64,000 nucleotides of DNA from Amoebidium appalachense. Lineage: Eukaryota > Protista > Ichthyosporea. Below the pieces are notes generated by a model. The model made no database searches and had not been told where the DNA came from. It worked only from the letters and a program-made list of their open reading frames with translations. Location of the stretch: the NCBI GenBank assembly GCA_963693365.1, contig CAVNZM010000014.1, positions 1,488,001 through 1,552,000 on the forward strand, read 5' to 3'. Shown here in pieces: positions 55,225 to 64,000 of this stretch. Every line of letters begins with the position of its first letter. The stretch's first letter is position 1. The translations under genes were made by a program, and so were the position numbers.

Positions 55225-58200
55225 TGTTGGACATTGTGTTCATAGAAGCTAGTTCTAGTGCACGTTGTTCCTTCTGTAAGTCAGAAATGATTGCATCTTG
55301 TGAGGCCAACCTCTGCTCCAGTAGTTGGACTAGTTGCTGCAACTGTAAGTTGTCAGACATAGTGTCGTGTATGATGGGTAACTAGTCTATGTGTTTTGTG
55401 CACTGGAAACGACAGTAGAAAAGTGTAAATCAAACGTTCTGCTTCCCATGTTTGTGACATGGGAGGCACTGCTTTATATAGTCGTTGGCCACCTCATGGT
55501 GGCCTCGTGTGCACCCTGGTGGTGGGCCATGTACAGCATGGCCGAAAAGAGAGCACAATGAAAACAAGTCGTTAAAGATATAAAAGTTAACTGTGCACGT
55601 TGAGTGGCTAGTTAACTTGCACTAAAGCACACAAATAAACGTGTTTAACACACCAATTGCAGTTAAACGTAAATCTTGCTTCACACAACTAAAAATATTC
55701 TGAGAATATCCGGGAATAAAGCACACTACCACTCTAATAATAGAATCCTGTGGCAAATATAGACATGACATCATCTGAACCGGGAATAGCCGAAAAGAGA
55801 GCACAATTAGCACGTTGCTAGTGAAGCTCGTCATTGGTACAGTTTTGGCTCAAACATATAACTACCATATATGAATATGACCGTAAACAAAAGCTCTATG
55901 CACTCGAGTGAGTGTTGAAACAGTTATTCAATTGCTCAGAAACTTTCTCTAACAGACATTGCTAGCCGGGAGTACCAGTGTACTCCAACACCCCTACTCA
56001 ATTGGATAATTGTGGTATGAATTAATGCAACTGAGCTCGAGTGCTTCAGGTGCACAAAATACAGACAATAAAGATTCCCCTACTCAATTTTAGTATGGTA
56101 CACGTAGTTGCACAGTCGGATGCAACTCTCTCCCCCCCCCCTGAAGTATGAGGGCGCAGTTGGTTGATGACGGGTGCTCAGCACATGTTGAGCATCCCCA
56201 CGGCCTTGGTGAAGAAAGAGGCAGACAGGGCCTTGGTGAACATGTCGGCCTTGTTGTCAGCAGAAGCCACCGGGACCACAGTGATGTTGCCCAGCAGGTG
56301 ATGTTCCTTGACGGAGCAGTAGCGGACGTCGATGTGCTTGGTCTTGGGCTTAACCCCCAGGGTGTCCAGCAGGGCCCGGGCAGACTCATTGTCCCCATGG
56401 ATGGGCACCGGGGTGGGCTCATTGATAGGATTAACTTAGCCCAGGTCGTCCATCACATAGTTGAGCCATAGGGCCTCGTTCGTAGCAGCAGACATGGCCA
56501 CAAATTCAGCCTCAGTGGAGCTGTGGGTGGTGATGGACTGGAGCCGAGACACCCAGGACACAGGGGAGGAGTTGATGAAGAAGACATAGCCCGTGGTGGA
56601 GCGCCGGGTGTCGCGGTCCTCGGCGTAGTCGGAGTCGGAGTAGCCAACAAGGTTGGGGGGGCCGGGACGGTAGACAATACCCAGGTCGATGGTGGCCAGC
56701 AGGTAGCTTACAACTCTGGTAGCCATAGTCCAGTGGGTGACGGTGGGCGCATGAATGTGTCGAGTAAGGACTCCCAGAGCCTGGGAAATGTCGGGGCGGG
56801 TGGTACGCGCAATCCACAGCAGGGCACCGACCAGGCTGGCATAGTCCTCCTTCTTGCTGTAGGCTGGGGTCTTGTTGCTTTCACTGGCCTGGCCCGGGAC
56901 GATGGGGGTCTTGGTGCCGGACATGTGGGTGAGACGAAAACGGGCAGCCAAGTCGATGATGTGTTGACCATGGCCCAGACGCAGAGACCCGTCCTCCAGC
57001 CAGGTAAGAGTGTGCCCGATGAGCAGGGTAGGACGACCCAGGTCCTTGGCAGAGAAACGAGCATCCAGCTTGGTGAAAAAATCGTCGATGAGCGCATCAG
57101 TGGCGGCCGTCACGGTGAAGTCATCCACGTAGGCAGCAAGGGCAATAAATGTTGGGGTCCCGGCATTCTTGATGAACAGGCACGGGTCAGCAGCACTCAC
57201 AATGAAGCCTTGGTCGAGGAGATGGTCACGGAGGGCCTCATACCACTGGCGCGGTGCCTGTTTTAGGCCGTAGAGCGCCTTGTGGAGCAAGCCGACAGCA
57301 TGGGGGGCCGAGGGGTTGACGAAGCCAGGGGGCTGCTCAATGTAGATGGTCTCGTTGACGGTGCCGTTGAGGAATGCTGTGTTGACGTCGATGTGGCGCA
57401 GAGGCAGACCTTGGGCCACGGAGGTAGCCAAAACCAGCCGGATGGTAGCCAGCGCAGCCACAGGTGACTCGGTGACGAAATAGTCCTGGCCAGGCTGCTG
57501 GTAGTTGCCCCGGGCCACAAGCCGGGCCTTGAAAGCAGTGACGTTGCCGACGTTGTCCTGCTTGACCGTAAAGACCCAGCCGACCGGAATGACAGTGGAG
57601 CCATCCTCTGGACGGGGCACAAGGGTGAAGGTGCCGTTGTCTTCCAGGGCCTTGAGCTCACGGTGTGCAGCCTCCTCCCATTTCAGACGCTGGGGACTCT
57701 TGAGTGCAGCCCGGACAGTCTTGGGGACAACAATGGTGGAAGCCTTGATGGGTGTTGATGCAGGAGCCGTAGCCTGGGGGGCAAGGGGGGCCGTAGCAGC
57801 AGCCACGTTGGCAGTCGGGCCTCGACGTTGGTCGTTGTACACAGCGCCACTACGGGTCGTCCGGGGGAGCCGATGTGCAGGCTCGGGCAGGATCGGAATG
57901 TCCAATTGATCACTCGGCGCTGTCCCATTGGCTGACAGACGAGACGAATCAGATTGCTGATCATTCCGGACGATGTGATTGGCTGGCTGATTTGACGAAT
58001 CAGATGACTCCAAAAAATGATGAATTGCCGGTGCGGTCGACCAATCAGATGGGACATCACGGAGGGGGTGCAGAATAGCAGCCTCGTCGAACTGCACGTC
58101 ACGGATGACGGTCATCTTGTGTGCTGCTGGAATCCAGACCTTGTAGCCCTTGATGTTAGGAGGGTAGCCCACGAAGATGCCCTTGACGGCACGAGGCGCC

Positions 58201-61108
58201 AGTTTCGGTGTATCCTGTTGATGGACGTAGCAGGGAGAGCCCCAGACACGGAGCCGGCTGTAGTCGGGAGGAATGCCGGTCCACAGCAGGGCGGGAGACG
58301 ATTGGCTGCCGGTGGCTCGCGACGGGAGCATGTTGCGTATAAAAGCCGCGGTCACAGCTGCCTCGGCCCAGAATCCCACCGGAAGGCCGGACTGCTGCAG
58401 GAGTGCCCGAACCATGTCGAGGAGGGTCCGGTTCAGTCGTTCGGCAGTCCCATTCTGTTGAGGAGAGCCGGTGGTAGTGATCTGATGGCGAATGCCATGC
58501 TCACGGTTGTAGTCCCCGAAGGCCGTGCCCATGTACTCGCCCCCCCGTCGGACTGAAACACCTGCATGGGAACACCGTGTTGGGTAACCGCCGCCTTGTG
58601 GTACGTCACATATGCAGCCAGTGTGTCCGACTTCTTGACGAGGGGCACGGCCGTGGTGTGGCCGGTGAATTCGTCGTGGAACGTCGCCAAGTACTGAGCA
58701 CCACCGATCGCGGGAGGGAAGGGGCCGCTGATGTCGCTGTGAACCTTGGCTAGGACCCGGGGAGCTTGGCTAGTTGATTCGGAGAAGGCAACACGGTGGG
58801 CTTTGCCGAGGGCACAGGGCTCACACACACCCGGAGACTTGACACCGCCACCCACCAACAGGCCTGCAGACTTGATGACCGAGCGTACAGCGTCAATGCC
58901 AGCATGGCCCAGACGGTAGTGCCACGTGTTGAGGTCGGCAGTAACCTTGAGGATACGCGGAGCAGTGGTGGTTTGGGCGTCCGGGGTTGTGTCCGCGCGC
59001 AGAAGAGACACCGCCATGTGGTACAGCTTGGTGCCGACAGCCGAGCCGGTGGCCAGAATTTGATCGCCGTAGCACAACTTAACGCCGCCGCGGGTGTCAA
59101 AGCGGGGTAAAACACCGTTGGTAGTTGCCGTGAACACACTGATGAGAGTGTCGGGGATGGAGGGCACGTAGAGTACATCCGTCAGCTGATGCACCGCAGT
59201 AACGCCGTCGATGGTGCTGGAAAAGAACACGTCGCCCACCCCAAGCACTGCACATGCACCCTTGTCGGCTACTTGGACCGTGGAGTAAGGCGCCGCACGC
59301 ATGTTGATGAACACATCGGGCCGGGGGCACACATGGTCAGTGGCTCCAGAGTCGAGGAGCACCTTGTTGGTGCCACAGTCGTTGCTAGACATGAGGAAAG
59401 CCCGGGGAGCGGCAGCCCCCCCCTTGCACTGTGCCGTAGTGTGGGTAGTAGAGGCAGGGTGGTTGATGCAGGACCCAGGCGGGAGGGGACCACCCTTAGG
59501 TTTGCGGCCGTTGGCACGGTTGCCCCCCTTGCACATGGCGGTAGTGTGACTGGTAGACAGTGGGTGGTTGACGCAGGAACCCTTGGGGTAGGTGCTGGCA
59601 CGGTTGTTGCCAGAGTTGCTGTGTTGGCCGTTGCCGTTGGGGCACTGAGACTTGATGTGGCCTGGTTTGCCGCAGCCGTGGCAGATGACAGGTTGAGGAG
59701 CCCGTGTGGTGAAGGCGGCCGGCCCGGAGCTGGTAGTCACACGTGCACGTGGGTGGCTGGTCTCATATGCCCGTAGCTGTTGGAGGAGGCCCATCACGGT
59801 AGGCTTGGGTGTCATCTTGTAGGCAATTACAGGCATTTCGTAGTAAGGCACCTTGCCGAGGTCGTTGGTGAGCTTGGTCAGCACTTGAGCATCACCAATT
59901 TGTGTGCCGTAATCGGCCAGGCGCCGCACGTAGCCGCGGAGTTTCATGGCGTATTTCGTCGCGGTGTCCGTAGGTTCAGGCGTAGAATTCATGTACAGCC
60001 CGATAAGGTCGTACTGATTGGCCTCAGATTGCTCCAGGTAGTGGGCAGATAGGGCCGACCATATCTCCGCAGGTGTGGTGGTGCGTGTTAACCCTAGGAT
60101 ACAACGCACGTCAACCGAGAGTGCTTGCCACAGGTAGGAACGGGCAGTGTCGACCTGTTCACGGGTAGCCGGGTGCTCCGTACTGGGCGCGATGGTGTGG
60201 AGAAGACCAGCACCAGAAAGCTGGACATACATGGTTTCGGCCCATGTGTGGTAGTCCGTGCCTGAATCATTATCAATGCCAGTGAAGAGAGGGATGTCGA
60301 CCTTGAACTTGATGGAATCATTACGTGAGGGGCCCATAACCCTGTTGGACATTGTGTTCATAGAAGCTAGTTCTAGTGCACGTTGTTCCTTCTGTAAGTC
60401 AGAAATGATTGCATCTTGTGAGGCCAACCTCTGCTCCAGTAGTTGGACTAGTTGCTGCAACTGTAAGTTGTCAGACATAGTGTCGTGTATGATGGGTAAC
60501 TAGTCTATGTGTTTTGTGCACTGGAAACGACAGTAGAAAAGTGTAAATCAAACGTTCTGCTTCCCATGTTTGTGACATGGGAGGCACTGCTTTATATAGT
60601 CGTTGGCCACCTCATGGTGGCCTCGTGTGCACCCTGGTGGTGGGCCATGTACAGCATGGCCGAAAAGAGAGCACAATGAAAACAAGTCGTTAAAGATATA
60701 AAAGTTAACTGTGCACGTTGAGTGGCTAGTTAACTTGCACTAAAGCACACAAATAAACGTGTTTAACACACCAATTGCAGTTAAACGTAAATCTTGCTTC
60801 ACACAACTAAAAATATTCTGAGAATATCCGGGAATAAAGCACACTACCACTCTAAGAATAGAATCCTGTGGCAAATATAGACATGACATCATCTGAACCG
60901 GGAATAGCCGAAAAGAGAGCACAATTAGCACGTTGCTAGTGAAGCTCGTCATTGGTACAGTTTTGGCTCAAACATATAACTACCATATATGAATATGACC
61001 GTAAACAAAAGCTCTATGCACTCGAGTGAGTGTTGAAACAGTTATTCAATTGCTCAGAAACTTTCTCTAACAGACATTGCTAGCCGGGAGTACCAGTGTA
61101 CTCCAACA
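55225..61108 (-). mobile_element. Full-length Copia LTR retrotransposon (LTR-B at both ends)
   Basis: LTRs 60343-61108 and 55225-55990 (766 bp, one substitution seen at 55738), PBS GGGTTATGGGCCC, PPT AATTGAGTAGGGG, G5 on both flanks (TSD CCCCC on the element strand). Body almost identical to 6822-11168. Confidence 0.97.
56178..60478 (-). CDS. gag-pol: Copia gag-pol starting inside the 5' LTR; frameshift at 58540-58546 and premature TAA at 56436-56438
   Basis: ORFs 58433-60478, 56436-58532 and 56178-56408 carry the same domain motifs as copy 1. Confidence 0.95.
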
Positions 61109-61505
61109 GGGGGGGGGGCGAGGGGAAGAAGAGCTGGGAAGGGTTATCTACCTGTCAACGAGTTGTTGTTGGGTAGACTCTATGACAGCGACAATCCGGT
61201 CGATCAATTTCTTGGCCTCACCCAACTTGTCTTCCAGAAAGTGCCACTGGCTTCCAACCCCATCCTTTGCAACTTGATTGTGTGTTTGTCAAAGCCGCTC
61301 TTGGGGTGGTTAAACGATTCGGCGTTGCGATGCAGAGCGGAGATGTAAGTGTGAACGATGAGCTCGCGGGCAAGCCTGTGGTTTGGGCGGGGAAAAGGGG
61401 GAAGGTGTGATAGTGAGTATGGGTGCAGAAAAGCGTTTAAATTTGTGTGTGATTGTTCGGGGATGGAGTGGGAGGTGAAAAAGTGCCACGGTGTGTGGAG
61501 AGGTA

Positions 61506-61708
61506 GATTGACTTTTGCCATACCGTGATATCTCTTGTTGGGGGACGCTTAAACTTTTTTTTTTATAACCACCATGCTCAGGTTGGCAAACCAACTCTAG
61601 ATTCTGAAGTCCAACCACAACAACATTTTTCTATCTTAACAAAATTTACTACAAGTTGGTGCCCGACGTCCCCCAACAAGAGATATCACGGTATGGCAAA
61701 AGTCAATC
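61506..61708. mobile_element. MITE-like element with perfect 42-bp inverted repeats
   Basis: 61506-61547 is the exact reverse complement of 61667-61708; AT-rich spacer; no clear TSD. Confidence 0.75.
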
Positions 61709-64000
61709 CAGTTTCAGTTTGAACGTGTGTATGTTTGTGTGTGTTGTGCTGTGTACACGTGTGTGTGTGCACGCGCGCTCGCGGGCGTGTGTGGGTGCGT
61801 GCGCGGGGGCGGGCGTGTTGTGGGATGATGTCACGGTCACCGTGGGCGGGTGAGATTGTGTGTGCACACGTGTTGGTGTGTGTGTGCGTAACGGAAGAAG
61901 GGGGGAGGGGCGCCACATACACATCCGCATCTGTATCTTCGTCCATGTTGCCAAACTCCAGCTTCATGTCAATTGCCGCCTTTGCTGGTGTCCAATCTGT
62001 TGTGGCTTTTTTGAATACGGCCCATTTTTTGTGTGCGAGGATTGACATGAGGGTGCTGTGCACGAGGTCAAGACGCTCCTCGTTGCTCCTGTGTGCACTG
62101 GGGTTGGTGCAAGTTAGCAACTGTTAACGTTAGCGTGGTTATGTTTCAACACGGATATATTTGGGCTTGTGCAGTCTAAACGTTTCTAATGTTGTACAAA
62201 AAAGGTTTAGTTATGTTCATAGAGCACGTTTTGATGACTTCGAGACCTTTCCACACCAGTCTGCAGAAAACAGTTCAAGTTTTAAAACTAACAAACTTCA
62301 GTTCCAATTGTTAACGTTATTGTGTGACTTATGATATGCTATACTATGGCATCATACACACACTACTGCCAGCTGCGAAAAACTAACCCACGCACCAGCA
62401 CCGCCTGAACAATGCATGAACCACCACCTGCGTTTCTACTAACGGAAAAAGTTTCAAAGACACACACGTGCACATATGCAACCACTCTCTTTTTCACTTA
62501 TTATAGTCCAGTGCTTACCTCTCAGTCCAGTCGCAGAATTCAGCTGCCGTGCGTGGAAACACCACGTCCTTCTTCGCGCCAGCAACCTCTTGTTTCGTAG
62601 TGGGTTAAACTTGGAGTCTGGTGCTTTCATCTTGAGCAGTGGTGAATACCTCTTGATTGCCACCTTGTTGTGCCTGTTGGTCGTGTAGGGGGCAGGGGCC
62701 CTCGCGCGACGCTGGTCTTGTGCAGAAAACACTGTTGTGGTGGTGTTGCAAGTTGACCTCCATGCGAGTGCCCATGAGTGGTGTTTGTGTGATGCTTGGG
62801 CTCTGCACAGTGGACCACGTGTATTCAGAGTGTGTGGGGGTTTGGGCGGCTTGACGTTTCCACGACATCGTTGCAGGACTCGTGGTGCTGGTGTTGGCCA
62901 TGGGGCTGGGAGCGCTCATCATCGGACTCATGAGGGATGCATGTCATCATGGGATGAGTGATGTCTGAGAGAATCACGTTTAGAATGGCCATGCTCGGTG
63001 TTGAATGAAGGTTTATTTTTGCCTGGGCAGCTCTCTGTGTTGTGTACGGGCTGAAGCGGGGGCGTGGTCGGTTGACCGTGTGGGTGGTGGGCATGGTAAG
63101 ACGATGGTTGCGGTAGGCATCAGTACAAAATCAGTACAAAGAGGCTGTACATGTGTGTTCATGTTGTGCATGCTGGTCATCTGGCTAGACATGAGCTGCT
63201 GGTCAGAAGTGTAGGCCGCGTCTGTTGTGAAATATTGTGTGAAATAGGAAGAGGCAGTGGTGTAGCGAGAGTCCATGAAGGCAAGAACCCCATCGACAAT
63301 ACTCTCAATCTCTTGCATGTGGCACGCCATTTTTCACCAATTTCGACGGAAAATGGCCACGATGGCTAGTTGTTATTGCGTAGAATGAACCCGCACAGGC
63401 ATGCAAGTTCGTGTTTTTTGTACCCTCTGCTTTTTTTGAACACAGTTGTAAGACGTTTGAACGAGAATGAGAAAGAAAGTGTTTCGGTTTCAGTGGCTTC
63501 TGAAACTGTTCAAAATTTTAAAGGAAATTTCGGGTCACCAGCGACTCGTCTGAAGTTCAAGTAGGGCCCGGGCCTCTTGGCCCTATTGAGCGAAGTAACA
63601 CTTTACAAATGGTTACGTAATACATAGCGGCATAACAAAATGGTTAGAAACATGCCTCTAAATCTGTTATGAACTAGTATTGTAATATTTATAATATAAA
63701 ATATATTTTACTTTGTGGCCTGACAATAATTTTTTTATCAAATAATAGGAATATTTTTCGCTGTCTGGTGGAACGTCTGCGAAGTGAAGCCTTCAAATAG
63801 ACCTGAACAGCCATTTACCCTCCTCTTGGCCTTCCGACATCTATTTTTAGATTCCTGTTTTTAGCATGCTCTGACTCTCTCTCCGCACTACAATTACACA
63901 CTGCCGCCCTAACTAAGTGTCGATTATAAACAATGTTTTATAAACAATGTTTTATATTTATCGATGTTCACTAGCATTTAATGAGGTACAATGCACCTCT

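Larger units (their letters stand above)
55059..63330 (-). pseudogene. Degraded multi-exon gene of unknown function hosting Copia copy 2 in an intron
   Basis: Exon-like segments at about 63330-62519, 62121-61922, 61345-61152 and 55157-55059, mostly with GT/AG boundaries but with internal stops and frameshifts. No domain recognised. Confidence 0.4.

Overview
Eukaryotic nuclear DNA with spliceosomal GT-AG introns full of poly(C)/poly(G), (CA)n/(GT)n and (GA)n tracts. It looks protist-like, possibly a unicellular holozoan, but the taxon cannot be fixed from this window. Homopolymer lengths look unreliable. Host genes: a 7-exon SDR16C/retinol-dehydrogenase-like gene, a multi-exon NYN(PIN)-CCCH-ankyrin gene, an intronless secreted beta-helix protein, a small coiled-coil ORF and several pseudogene fragments (OTU-like protease, ubiquitin-like, unknown). 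Mobile DNA: a Copia gag fragment, a PIF/Harbinger transposon with an intact spliced transposase, a Polinton/adintovirus-like pPolB N-terminal remnant, a MITE and two small repeats embedded in microsatellites. Main result: two very young copies of one half-tRNA-primed Copia family, both inserted in intronic C-rich tracts. One is a normal LTR-B/gag-pol/LTR-B element (55225-61108). The other is a single-TSD three-LTR hybrid, LTR-A/Copia body/LTR-B/305-bp mini body/LTR-A (6352-12708). This is a fusion of the autonomous element with a TRIM-like parasite that has unrelated LTRs, joined exactly at the shared PBS. Because gag starts inside LTR-B, the fusion also moves the Gag N-terminus onto the parasite.
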